64,000 nt of DNA from positions 76,322,001 to 76,386,000 of the forward strand of contig OX597817.1 of assembly GCA_951406725.2 (NCBI GenBank), written 5' to 3'. Shown one piece after another: positions 11,445 through 24,720 of this stretch (within the stretch, counting starts at the first letter, position 1; each line of letters starts with the position of its first letter). The DNA is from Octopus vulgaris (taxonomy: Eukaryota). The notes under the pieces are model-generated. The model saw only the letters and a list, made by a program, of their open reading frames with translations, did not search any database and had not been told where the DNA came from. Made by a program: the position numbers and the translations under genes.

Positions 11445-13985
11445 CAATGCAAACATCAAACTTCCCTTACCTCGACATTCCTGTTAAATGTACGTGGCAT
11501 CAACCCATCAATTATTGCCCAAAAATGGAAGATCCCATATATAGAGAGTTGGCTTGCCGAAACAGCACATTGCTTCCCTTTCTTTATCCTTACCGAGACT
11601 CACCTGAACAACACCCAGGACGCCGAGGTGAAAATAAAAGATTTTTACCATTGTTCGTGCGGATTGCACAGACCGAAATAAGGGAGGGACAGCCATCTTT
11701 ATCCATGACTCCTTTTCACTTGATGCCAAGGACATATTTTCCAATGGCTATTGTGAATCTGTATCACTATTCAGCAAGGCCAAGGACATAATCATTGTTG
11801 GTCTTTATAGGTCTCCCCAAGCACCTCTAAAGTGCTTTGAAGAGTGCCTTAGCAAAGTCAAGTCCTTCCTTCGGAAGTACAACTCCGGAAACATACTAGT
11901 GATGGGTGATTTTAACCTCCCTCATGTGAACTGGTCCACAAATACTCTGAAGTTAGGCAAATGCTCTACATCAGATAGAGCAGCAGCAGAACTGCTCTTT
12001 AATCTAATGGATGACTACTTCCTGACTCAGCTAGTGCTCGAACCAACGAGACAGAATAAAACGATCTTCGATCTGGTATTGACCAATCACTCTAGCTTCG
12101 TTCACAGTATTTCAGTTGAAAAAACTCTCCTCTCAGACCACGACATGGTACTCTGCAATTTTAATTTCCGACATATAAAAACCAAACCAGCCAATCCCAC
12201 TCCATGGCACTCATTTGACAACATAAACTTCCACAAAGCGGACTGGGGAGCAATCAGAAAGGATCACTCTTTCATCGACTGGTCTTTTACTCTCAATTCA
12301 ACCCATATTGAGACCGCATAGCAGCACATTGAAACCATTGTCACCGATATATGCTCTAAACACGCTCCCACGAAATCTAGTAACACAAACAGAAACCGGC
12401 TCCCTAAAAAGAAAAATACACTCATCAGGCGCATCAAAAGACTCAACAAAAAAAATCAACCAATTAAAATATTCCCACATACAACATCCACATTCAACAA
12501 CAATGAAAAGGCTAGAGCTGGAAAAACTTCATCTGCAGAACGACATGAAAACCTCCATTGAAAATCAAAGAGCTGTGGAGGAACAGTGGGTAATCAAAAA
12601 CATCAAACAGGACCCAAAAGTGTTCTATTCTTATGCAAATAAGCATAGAACCACTGTTTCACCCATTGGGACATTGATTGATAATAACGGCATTCCCCAA
12701 CACGATGCTAAAGAAATGGCAGAAATACTGCAGAAACAATACTGCTCTGTTTTTAGTGTTCCCACTGATATTGACGTAAGAGAAGCGAACGAAGTTGACT
12801 CTCAACATAAAATATCAGACATAACCTTCACTGCCACTGACATCATAGCAGCAATAAATGAGGTCAAATACTACTCTGCTGTAGGCCCTGATAGATTCCC
12901 CGCTAGTCTCCTGAAGGAATGTAGACACCAACTTGCAGTCCCTCTGACCAACCTCTGGAGAAATTCGTTAGACGCAGGTTATATACCGAAACAGTTTCTA
13001 TCCCAGTCAGTCATCCCGGTTTTCAAACAGGGAAACAGATCCCTCGCACTCAACTATCACCCAATCTCACTCACCTCCCACATCATCAAGGTGTTTGAAA
13101 GAGTGTTAAGATCAAGGATAGCTGACTTCCTGGAGACCCACAAACTCCTAAATGCAAATCAGCATGGCTTTCGCTGTGGCAGGGACTGTCTAACACAGCT
13201 CTTACACCACATTGAAGATGTACTCAAAGCCTTGGGAACAGGTTCGAACTCTGATGTCATAAAGCGTTCGACAGGGTAGGCCATAATATCCTACTCTCAA
13301 AATTGGCAAATGTTGGAATCCGTGGAAAAGTTCTACACTGGATCAAGTATTTCCTGGCGAATAGAACACAACATGTTGTAGTTGATGAAGTCCACTCAAG
13401 TCCAGCAAAAGTCACCAGCGGTGTCCCCCAAGGGACTGTCTTGGGTCCGGTACTCTTCATAATCTACATAAACGACCTTTCCAGTGTCGTACATTACTGC
13501 AAAGTGAAAATATTTGCTGATGACACTAAGCTCCAGCAAATCTTCAATGAAGAAGCAGACCGAACTCAACTCCAGTCTGATCTATATGCTGTGAGTCAAT
13601 GGGCAGACAGAAACAAAATGCAACTGAACGAGGGAAAATTTGAGCTGATGCATTTTGGAAGAAATTCCTCACAAAAACAGACATACTCTCTTCCTTCAGG
13701 AGAACCGCTCCCAGCCTCTAACAATATCAGAGACCTGGGTGTAATTGTTGATGACGATCTCAGTTGGAGTGCACACATCAACAAGAAGGTCGATATAGCA
13801 CGTAGGATGAGTTCCTGGATCTTACGAACTTACTCACCCAACAAAAACTCACTACTTAAATGAACCATAACAAAACTTGACTTAAACAGGATTCAAATAA
13901 TCCTATCAGGTGGTGCTATTAAGCTAGACATGACATGGCCTTGACCAATCATTGGTCGAAACATATCTAAGTTTATCTAAGTTTA
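11445..13985 (+). mobile_element. CR1-like LINE ORF2 (APE endonuclease + RT), pseudogenised, with an internal deletion before the 3' tail
   Basis: Endonuclease motifs GDFNLPHVNW, PTR..DLVLTN and SDH; RT motifs QHGFR, SGVPQGTVLGPVLFIIYINDL and FADDTKL; stops and frameshifts; 3' hairpin plus repeated atctaagtt tail. Confidence 0.92.
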
Positions 13986-14014
13986 TATATATCTATATAT
14001 ATATATATATATAT

Positions 14015-14198
14015 CATTCGCCATGATAGATCGCTAGCCACTACACATTCTTTATTTTCTCTCCTTGTTTCTTTCTGTGGAAGAGCGTAGGCTCGGAACA
14101 TTAAAGAATTTTTCGCTTCCCGAGCGTTATACTAATACATCTGTTTATTGTGTGCACCACCAGTCTTCGTTTTTTGTTTTTTTTGTGAATTCTCCCCC
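14015..14198 (+). mobile_element. Solo Penelope-type pLTR with degenerate HHR (14069-14108)
   Basis: uucuuu CUGUGGA a gagc-guag-gcuc GGAACAUU aaagaa; homologous to the pLTR at 55775-55945, which lies downstream of a GIY-YIG ORF. Confidence 0.7.
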
Positions 14199-14209
14199 TA
14201 TATGTATAC

Positions 14210-14273
<64 letters not shown>

Positions 14274-14640
14274 TGATAAGTAGTTCCGTTTTTAAAACGG
14301 AGTGTAGACAAAGTATTCGACATACTGAGTAGATATATCTTTCTTTATCAAATTAACCAGTCTTACGGGACTAGTTATATTTCCTTGCCTTTTAGAATTT
14401 GTCATGGAAAATTAGATTCAGCGACAGTTCCTTGTTATATATATTTGTTATAATGAAGGCTTTTGCTTGGGAGAGGGAATCGCAGTCATGTATGATTCTG
14501 GAAAAACAGCTGTCTCATTGTTAGGTCATGTATTCCAACGTAAAGTTCAAGAAAATGAATACTTCTAATCTATATGTGTGTGTGTGCGTGTGTGCATTTA
14601 TGTAAGTATTTGTATGTATGTATGTATCTATGCATATATG

Positions 14641-14675
<35 letters not shown>

Positions 14676-15164
14676 ACGTGTGTGAATATTTGGGTGAATT
14701 CGTGTTGTTATGTCAGTCCTATCACTACTTGACAACAGGTGTTGGTTTGTTTATCTACCCGCACGTCAGTGTTTCGGCAACAGGGAAATATTAAAGAAGT
14801 ACTATACTTGAAGAAATAATTTCTGGTATCGATCGATATATTTGATTACACCCTTCTAGATGGTGACCCAACATCGCCGTGGTCTGATTACTGAAGCAAG
14901 TAAAGGAATAAAGGAATAAAGGAATGAAAGAATACAGATAAAGATATAAAGAAGTAGAATAGATAAGAAAATACATAATATTTAGATTAGTGAACAGATA
15001 AATGGATACAACAGTTAAAGGGCGCTGAGTTAAAGAATAACTATAAAATATATTGATTATTGTATTCAGAATCATTCGTTAATCAAGATAATATTTTATG
15101 ATTAAAGGCTTTACAAATTTTTATTTAAGTGATGATGATGAGGATGCTGTTGCTGATAATAATA

Positions 15165-15600
15165 ATTCTTTCTACTATAAGCACGAAGCCTGAAATTTGG
15201 AGGGAGGGGACTAGTTGATTAGCTCGATCTCCGTGCTCAACTGGTACTTCTTTTATCGACCCGAAAGGAAGAAAGAAAAAGACAACTCAGAACGTAAAGA
15301 CAGGCGAAATGCCGCTGATCATTTTGCTCCAGATGCTAATGATTCTGCCAGCTCGGCACCTTAATACACGCTAATAATAAACCTTTCTACTAAAGGCACA
15401 AGGCTTGAAACTTTGCGGGAGAGGATAATCGATTATATCGACCCCGGTACACAACTCGTACTTATTTCAACTCCAGTGGGGATAAATGGAAAAGTCGACC
15501 TCGGCGGAATTTGAACTCAGAACGTAAAAGTGGACAAATGCCGATAAGCATTTTGCTCGACGTGCTAACGATTCTGCCAGCGCGCCACCTTAATGCACGT
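15165..15600 (-). mobile_element. Two tandem SINE family B copies
   Basis: Reverse complement of the family B consensus (aaagtcgacctcggcggaatttgaactcagaacgtaa). Confidence 0.8.
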
Positions 15601-15661
15601 TAATAATAACAATAACCTTTAATCCTTGCACTGTCTTTTAGTTATTTCACTTTATTCTATA

Positions 15662-16047
15662 CTAGCAGTATCGCCGGGCGTTGCTCGGGTTTGTTTCGAC
15701 CCTTTAGAATTGAAATTTTTGATAAGTAAAAATTTTGCATTATGTTATTCTCTTTAAGTGAACATTTTTCTGGTTGAAATACACTGAAAAATGGCGACAC
15801 AGCAGTCAAAAAATCGTAAAAAATAGGGATTTTCATAGCAAAAAAAGCACCTTTTTGATGTAAATAATTTTTGGTGTTAACATTGTCCGATTTGAAATTT
15901 TTCTCCTACGGAAGGAAGAGCAAGCCTTCTTCTATCATACTCTCAAATTTGGTCAACTTGCGCTGCAGGGTCTCGGAGGAGATAGTGTTAGTTGAAGGCT
16001 ACCAAACCTGCCATACACAGACAACTTCAGCTTTATATATTGAGAGA
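15662..16047 (-). mobile_element. Non-autonomous Helitron-like element
   Basis: On the minus strand it starts TC and ends with hairpin ccgagc-aac-gcccgg followed by CTAG; it sits between A and T with no TSD. Confidence 0.7.
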
Positions 16048-16422
16048 TGTTTATTTATCAAATTATTTTATTTCGTTGATTCATTTGTTTATTTAAATGA
16101 CCTTGAACAAATCCTTTTCCTTTTACTCTCAACATAAACATTCGTCTTTAACACTGCCAATCCATTCGATTACCGTCTTCAAGGAATCGAAAGGCAAATA
16201 TTTTCTGTTAACAGAAATACCATCAATTTATCATCGCTGGAAATAATAATTACAAACACAACAATTCAAATATAGCAACTATTCATTTATTTACTTATCC
16301 ATTTTTTTTTTTGTGATGCCTTTGTGTCCATCGATTGGTGGATTTTCTTGCTTATCTTCGCAAGACAATAATGACGATGGTGATAAGAACAGCAATTAAT
16401 TTCAGGACTCTTCTTTAACTCC

Positions 16423-16456
<34 letters not shown>

Positions 16457-16491
16457 GTCTGTCTGTCTGTCTGTCTGTATGTATGTATGTA

Positions 16492-16540
<49 letters not shown>

Positions 16541-17016
16541 GCATGTCTGTCTGTCTATTAATTTCGCCTATTTATTTCATTTACTGCTCCTTATTCTTAT
16601 TTTCTTCCCTCTCTTGCTCTATTTTTATTTCAAGCAACCTATATCAATTAAATGACCTTTCTGTCTAGCCTTTCGTGACGTTTATTTTTGTCTTTCCATT
16701 CTTTCACTCACTCATTCATTCTTTCTTTCATTTTTTTACCTCCCTATTTCCCTCCATCTTCCATCCAGCTGGTACTTTATCTTATCGATATCGGAAGGAT
16801 GAAATTGGAACGTACAAGTACCTAACGATTAACAAAGGAGGCAAAATACAATAAGCAATGGTAAAATGAATAAATTATTACAAAGAATTTATTTCAAGAG
16901 TAAGAGCTAATTTAAAAGCGAACTAGGTGAAAATATACATACATACATACATACATACATACATACATACATACATACATACATACATACATGCATACAT
17001 ACATATATATATACAT

Positions 17017-18135
17017 AGGAGGCAGAGGCTTAACATCGATCCAAAATGTCTTTGAATGTCGTATCATATCCCTTCGGCAACATCTTTTAACCACCAAGTG
17101 TCGAACTGCATCCCTTGACCAAGTTTGCATACATGAGGCTGATAAGATCATAAGACTTGGAAGGCAGCTCCTCGAGCAACATTCTTTGTCTGATAACCTA
17201 AAATACATGCTCAAAGAAGTCGCATGGCTCTACCGCAACGTATCGTCAGATGAAAGGATGAGACTATATGAGCAGAAGACTATGCATGGGTATGTTAGTA
17301 GAAGACACCCAGATGATAGTAACATTGATCCTCAAAGCAGTCTATCAAGGACCAATAGCTGGATTACAACCTCCACTTTGAAGGGTATGGGTTTGCGATC
17401 CAGCTACAGGAAATATCAACCAAGCACCTGAATCACAAAACAGATAGTGGTGCAGGAAAAGCAGTAAAATGTGACAACCTATGAAGTCTTTGTGGGGTTA
17501 ACACTGAAGATATCACCCACATCATAAGTAGTTCTCCGAAAATATCATCACGCAATTATCTACCGATGAGACAGGATGCAGCTAGGACACTCTGTAATGA
17601 AATCCGTCTGAAGGATAACCTCGAGGACAAAGAAATGAGAAACCAGAGTATGGTAGAAGCCATAGCCTCTCAATAAATAGGAGTAATGGTGGGATGTCCC
17701 AGTGAAGACCTCAGTAAAGTGTAAGCAAAACGGACCTGAAATAAGGATTTGGGATAGAGAAGAGAAACTGCGTAGAGTTGTGGAAATGAGCTGCCCAGAG
17801 GATGTTAACATAAAGCTGAAGATCAGTGAAAAAGAGAATACCTACACTGAACTACCGAGAAATATGCATCTATCCAGATTACAAGTTCAGGTTTATACCT
17901 GTATTTATTGGGCCCTGGGTTATGTAACGCACTGCCTAAATACTAAGCTTGAGAAATCAGGCTTCTCAAAACCAGAAAGCAGAAAGCTAATTCAAAGACT
18001 ACAGATCCAATCGATCACTGGAACTGCAAAATCTCTAAAAGTTACCAGAAGTTTATCATTTAAATATATATGAGCATTTCTAAATATGCAACTATATGCA
18101 TAAGAATACATGCATCGTAAAAATCTGCACATAGA
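17017..18135 (+). mobile_element. R4/Dong-like non-LTR retrotransposon, 3' part (thumb, CCHC knuckle, RLE), decayed
   Basis: GGRGL, KTMHGY, LCG..EDITHIISS, WWDVPVKT..NGPEI (cf. NRPDI), EMSCP..N..K..EKE..Y; flanked on both sides by (TACA)n. Confidence 0.8.
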
Positions 18136-18225
18136 CATACATACATACATACATACATACATACATACATACATACATACATACATACATACATACATAC
18201 ATACATACATACATACATACATACA

Positions 18226-18378
18226 TAGGCGTGGCTGTGTGGTAAGAAGATAGATATGGCTTCAGGTTCAGTCCTACCGTATGGCACCTTGAGCAAGTGG
18301 CTTCTAATCTAGCCTCGGGCTGACCTAAGCCTTGTGAGAGGATTTGATAGACGGAAACTGAAAGAAGGCCGTCATAGA

Positions 18379-18449
<71 letters not shown>

Positions 18450-18468
18450 TGTGTGTTTGTGTGTGTGT

Positions 18469-18535
<67 letters not shown>

Positions 18536-18742
18536 GTGCGTTTGGCCTCTACCATCGTTTGACAACCGATGCTGAAATGAGTATGTCCCCTTAATTTAGC
18601 GATTCGGCAAAACAGAACGATGGAATAAATACTAGACTTACAAAGTATAAGTCCTGGGGTTGACTTCTTCGACTATAACTCTTTAAGGCGTTGCTCCAAC
18701 TTGGCTGCAGTCAAATGACTGAAACAAGTAAAAAAATAAAAG
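18226..18742 (+). mobile_element. SINE family A (diverged, long internal TG tract)
   Basis: Matches the family A head and tail. Confidence 0.85.
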
Positions 18743-18761
18743 AAAATATATATATATAGAC

Positions 18762-19162
18762 GTTGGAGTGGCTGTGTGGTAAGTAGCTTGCTTACTAACC
18801 ACATGGTTCCGGGTTCAGTCCCACTGCGTGGCACCTTGGCAAGTGTCTTCTACTATAGCCTCGGGCCGACCAATGCCTTGCGAGTGGATTTGGTAGACGG
18901 AAACTGATAGAAGCCCGTCATATATATGTATATATTTATATTATGTGTGTGTGCATTTTTGTGTGTCTGTGTTTGTCTCCCAACATCGCTTGACAGCCGA
19001 TGCTGGTGTGTTTACGTCCCCGTAACTTAGCGGTTCGGCAAAAGAGACCGATAGAATAAGTACTAGGCTTACAAGGAATAAGTCCTGGGGTCGATTTGCT
19101 CGACTAAAGGCGGTGCTCCAGCATGGCCGCAGTCAAATGCCTGAAACATGTAAAAGAGTAAA
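18762..19162 (+). mobile_element. SINE family A, full length
   Basis: Near-consensus copy. Confidence 0.9.
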
Positions 19163-19524
19163 GATGGCGAAACTAAAACGTAAGTATAAAACACCTCTAA
19201 GCCGTAATGGAGGGTGGAATGCTCGTCAGAGAAATCAATATTAATCAGTGAATAAATTATTGACTTGAAGAAATTGCCACCATTCAGCGAGCTAAAAAGC
19301 ATCAAGTGTCCAGGAGATATGGAAATTACGCACTGAACTCCCCACCCCATGCAATGTTGATCTTTGTCGACCTCACAAAGGATGAAAGATAATATATACA
19401 TACACCTCGGCGGAATTTGAACTCAAAATGTAAGAGCCTGTAATGAAGCTGTAAAGTATTAATATTTTGTTGAGGGACGATTCTGCCGGCTCACCGCCTT
19501 CTTGCAAATAAGAATAATTACGAT

Positions 19525-19558
19525 AGTAATGACGATGATGATGATGACGACGACGACG

Positions 19559-19590
<32 letters not shown>

Positions 19591-19625
19591 GATGATGATG
19601 ACGATGATGATGATGATGATGATGG
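19525..19625. repeat. (GAT/GAC)n trinucleotide repeat
   Basis: Seen directly; source of the spurious poly-His and poly-Ser ORFs. Confidence 0.9.
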
Positions 19626-20620
19626 CGGGAAGAGAGAGAAGAAACTACAGTTATAGATAGATCGGTAGATAAATTGAAAAGTAGATACATATACATAAAT
19701 CACCGTGATCCCCGTGACCGACCAGGCTAGCAGATGCCGCTACACATCGCTGGTCACAATGCGCTTCGCATTATTTTACCCATTAAATAATAATGCCACC
19801 TGGCTGGCTAGGCGAGCAGGCCGCATATACATAAATATATATATATATGTATATATATATACATATGAATGTGTGTGGGGAGAGGAGAGAGAAGGAGAGA
19901 GAGAGAAAGATGTATAGATAGGTTGATAGACTGATAGCCGGTACAATTTTTGTCACTTCTCTTTCTTTCCTTCTTTCCTATATTTCCACATTTGTTTTCC
20001 CGACACGTTTTCAAGTTTTAATAAATATCGTTCTCACTCACCGCCGCCTCTCAGTCTATTTTCAATAGAATTAACTTTATAGCTAAAGTTATTATTACTA
20101 GTTATGGATTTTCCTAACATTATACATATGATGACAATTTCAAAATTTATATTCCCCATCTGCGTATCTCTCTAGGGTTTGAATGAAATTCAAATTTTTA
20201 CAAATTACACTAGATTTAAAGAGATTTCGAAATATTTTCCATTATTCTTTTCGTGTGGTTGAACACTTGATGTATTGAGAAAAATAAAAATGTGACCACC
20301 AGAGATATATAGGATGCTTTTAATGAGCGTTTATATAGTTTTTCTAGTAGAATAGTTATGAAAAATTATAACAACAACTTTAAATGGAATGGAAGCGTTT
20401 AAAGTTTGAGATTAAAATATATCTTCTTCTTAAGTTCTTAGCAGTCTGATTCATTCGTTCAAAATTGAGTTTTGTCCCTCACTGGCAATTTCCTTTTCTG
20501 GCTTTTTTTCTTTTTATCATTGGTTATAAATACACAGGCAGCGACAAAGACGCACAAACACACAGCTACAGACACAGGAGATAGACACAAGAACACAACT
20601 ATATATTCATACAATTACAT

Positions 20621-20701
<81 letters not shown>

Positions 20702-21361
20702 TGTATGTATATGTGTGTATGTATATACATTCATACAAACATATTTTTCAGTAGCAATAACCATTTCTCATTTTAAGAAGAAACAGACTGAGATAAGACA
20801 TCACCGATGTTCTTGACAATGTTTAAATTGCTAACTGAGAACTATATTAACAATAACACTATCGGGCGCTTACTATCATTTACAAATGACTTTCTCAGTA
20901 GATGATATATATGCATATGTAAATATGTGTGTATGTGTGTATGTGGGTGTGAAAGAGAGAGCGAGAGGGAGAGGGAGAGTGCGTGTGTAAGTAAATGTAT
21001 AATCTATCTCTAAATATATATATATATATATATGATTTATCTATCTAGATCTATCTATACTCAAACACACACACATGCAAACATACACACATATCTTCTA
21101 GCACATATTCCAGTCATTGGACTGAAGCTATGCCGGGGCAATACCTTCAAAGTTTTTGGTGAACAAATCTACCTCAGTGTTTCTTTATTTTTTCTAAGTA
21201 TTATACATGCTCAATCGACCTCTTTTGCCGAACAACTATGCTACATTGACGTAAACAAACAAACATCGGTTGTCAAGGTGTGGTTGGGAATAAGCACAAC
21301 ACAAACACAGACATATAGACACACACACACACACACACTCACGCATGCACTCTCTCTCTCT

Positions 21362-21408
<47 letters not shown>

Positions 21409-21417
21409 CAAAATATA

Positions 21418-21719
21418 GGTACACTGCGACATAGTTTCTTTTCCTCAACAGGCCCTGCCCTGTTTAAAATTGTCCCAAAACTAATCAAAAGGGAAAGGAT
21501 CCCACCACCTTTAAACGGAGTCTGCACAGATTTCTTCAAGGAGTACCAGATATGTCACCCATACTTCGATACAACTCACTCAACAAGAACTCACTACTTG
21601 AATGGACCATTAACAAAACTTGACTTTAAAAGGATTTAGATAATCCTATCAGGTGGTACTATTAAGTTAGACATGGCCTGGACCAATCTTTGGTCGAAAC
21701 ATATCTGAGTTTATCTAAG

Positions 21720-21722
<3 letters not shown>
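21418..21722 (+). mobile_element. 5'-truncated 3' end of the same CR1-like LINE family as 11445-13985
   Basis: TLRHSFFSSTGPALFKIVPK..FKRSLHRFLQGVPD..NKNSLLEW; 21585-21722 aligns with 13835-13983. Confidence 0.85.
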
Positions 21723-21756
<34 letters not shown>

Positions 21757-21759
<3 letters not shown>

Positions 21760-21990
21760 TTCTTTACTACTCACAAGGGGCTAAACATAGAGGGGACAAA
21801 CAAGGACAGACAAACGGATTAAGTCGATTACATTGACCCCAGTGCGTAACTGGTACTTAATTTATCGACACCGAAAGGATGAAAGGCAAAGTCAACTACG
21901 GCGGAATTTGAACCCAGAACGTAACGGCAGACGAAATACGGCTACGCATTTCGCCCGACGTGCTAACGTTTCTGCCAGCTTGCCGCCTTA
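21757..21990 (-). mobile_element. SINE family B
   Basis: Reverse complement of the consensus. Confidence 0.85.
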
Positions 21991-22004
21991 ATATATATAT
22001 ATAT

Positions 22005-22212
22005 ATGTGACCTCGTAAGTACCACTGGGGATTTTTTTCCTCTGTCTTCCCTTCTCGGGATCTTTCCTTCTCCTATGTTTCCGACGAAGAGCTCCGCTCG
22101 AAACGTTAAACCCTCCTTCCCTTCTTTCCTGAGCGTCCAATAATACTTTATTTGTTCCACGTCCTCTCGTTGTTGTGTTTTTTGCTTTTGTGTTTTCTTG
22201 TTTGGATTAACT
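22005..22212 (+). mobile_element. Solo Penelope-type pLTR with HHR motif (22077-22111; core CCGACGA)
   Basis: guuu CCGACGA a gagc-ucc-gcuc GAAACGUU aaac; same family as 31771-31975. Confidence 0.75.
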
Positions 22213-22225
22213 ATATATATATATT

Positions 22226-22350
<125 letters not shown>

Positions 22351-22476
22351 GGTCCCGGGTTGAGTCGGGGTTAACCACAGTAAATAAGGTACTCAATACA
22401 TAGCAGAGTAAATTAATTTATTTTATAGAAGGAGCTTCTACAGGACTAGAACTGTTTCATTCAAAAGAAATCATTA

Positions 22477-22531
22477 GGAGCTTCCTGATGATTTCTTTTG
22501 AATGAAACAGTTCTAGTCCTGTAGAAGCTCC
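22477..22531 (+). ncRNA. Type I hammerhead ribozyme, complete core, within a 131-bp palindrome
   Basis: ggagcuuc CUGAUGA u-uuc-uuuu-gaa-u GAAA cag-uucuaguc-cug UA gaagcucc: 8-bp stem I, 4-bp stem III, GUA triplet. Confidence 0.85.
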
Positions 22532-22544
22532 TTCTATAAAATAA

Positions 22545-22623
<79 letters not shown>

Positions 22624-22811
22624 CTATTGACTTTGCGTTTCCACCAAGCAAATCTACTCCCAAGGCTTTTGGTTGGTCCTGGGCTATGGTAGGAAACACT
22701 TGCGCAAGGTCTTACACGGTGGCAAATAGCAAGTATCCTATGGTTCCGAAGCAAACCACTTGCTTACATAGCTACGCCTGCACACTCACACAGACACACA
22801 GACACACACAG

Positions 22812-22912
<101 letters not shown>

Positions 22913-23525
22913 GATGGAGGTGATATATGAACATACAGATGTACAGAGAAAATAGTACTGAAAAACTGTATTGCTTTATTGAAGTTGAAAACTTTACAAA
23001 CTGCTGACGGGGTTTCATATAACCGATCTTCAGACCATTCTATTGTTTCAAAAGTTCACTTCCCTCTGTGTATTGTTTATCTGAAACTCTGATATTAGTT
23101 CTGATATTAAATCTTCAGTAAAACTCTGTGTGTGTGTCTATGTGTGTATGCAAACACACACACGCACACACACAGACACAAATACACACACATATATGCT
23201 ATGTTATGTGAATGTGTGTTTGCTGGTGTATATGTGCGTGTTTTTATGTATTCGTGTATCCGTGTGACCGTGTAGAAACTGAAGACAAAGTATTACAATG
23301 ATACTTGCGTTGTTTAAATAATAGCTTCAGCTACAAACTGGTGACAGGGGAGAAATCTAATAAATGTTATAATCTTGGTATGTTCTTTAATTTCCGTGTG
23401 TTTATTGCCTTGGATCATTGTCTGTGGTAGAATCTTGCATATAAATGAATGAGCTTTTGCTTGGCGTGTCAGCTCGATAATCCTTAGAATTTACTTATCA
23501 ATACATTATATTTTATAACGTTATG

Positions 23526-23616
<91 letters not shown>

Positions 23617-23729
23617 GCCTACCTGTCTGCCTGCCTGCCTGCCTGTCTGTCTGCTTGTCTGTCCGTCCGTCCATATGATGGTCTGTCTGTCCGTCTGTAC
23701 GTCCGTCCCTCCGTCTTTCTGTCTATCTG

Positions 23730-23782
<53 letters not shown>

Positions 23783-23964
23783 TTATCTATCTGTCTATTC
23801 ATTTCTCTCTGTCTCTCTCCTCTCTTCAATCCTACCCACCTCCTCTCTTCATTGATACCTCCTTCACACCCCACTCCCACATACCCCACCCATACATCCC
23901 ACCCACATCCCCATTCTACACTCACATCCCTACCCCCACCCCATATCCTCACATCCCACCCCTC

Positions 23965-24142
23965 ATTACCGTTGTTGGCGTGTTTACGTTCCCGTAACTA
24001 GGCGATTCGGCAACAGAGGTCAATAGAATAAGTGCAAGGCTTAAAAAGGAAGTCCTGGAGTCGATTTGTTCAACTAAAATCTTTCAAGGCGGTGCTCCAG
24101 CATGTCCGCAGTCAAATAATTGAAAATAGTAAAAGAATAAAA
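23965..24142 (+). mobile_element. SINE family A, 3' half
   Basis: gtgtttacgt.cccgtaact...aaggcggtgctccagcatg.ccgcagtcaaat. Confidence 0.8.
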
Positions 24143-24146
24143 TATT

Positions 24147-24720
24147 ACAAGGGGTTCATTTTAAATTTTAGATTTGGTATAAAAGAAAAATAAGATACAA
24201 TATCGCATCCAAAATAAAATTATTAAAAGTCAAAAAATCTCAAGATTCTAAGAAACTCCCATCAGTTTCAACCACGGACTCTAGAGGACTCATATGTCTT
24301 TGGACAGATCTTCGAATACCTTGATTTTGGCCATCAGCTCAGCTTTGTTGTTGCTGGTAGTGCGCATGGTGTTCTCTCTCAACCATCCCATACACATAGT
24401 AAACGAAGGGAATTAGAGTTGGGGGAATTAATAGGCCAGAAATTAGGATTGGTGGAGTTGTAGAAAACCAATTCTGTTTCTTTCCCGAGTCTCCATCTCC
24501 ACTCAAGGTTTGACTGCAGTGTCCAGCAGCTTCACATAGCCATGTGAAATAAGCCTAAGGACCTGTTCAAAGGTGTTGGGAAGTATGACGTTACCCTCAT
24601 TGGAGAGACCATCACTGTCTGGGGGAACTTGTTTCTTAAAATTCCCATGTCATATCTTACGGCCCTGATCGTGCTCACGGAGCATTAAACAGTCATGCTG
24701 CGAGCATTTTGATAACAGGC
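24147..24720 (-). mobile_element. Decayed Tc1/mariner-superfamily transposase 3' fragment (maT/DD37D-like)
   Basis: Minus-strand NFWPINSPNSN..CVW (cf. WPPNSPDLNPLDY.VW); homologous to 51683-52585. Confidence 0.65.

Noticed and set aside
13935-13970. Hairpin followed by GAAACAUA resembling an HHR
   Set aside because: There is no CUGANGA strand in either copy; it is better explained as a LINE 3' recognition stem-loop.
19373-19703. Poly-His / poly-Ser ORFs
   Set aside because: They derive from a (GAT)n repeat next to a SINE, with no exon context.
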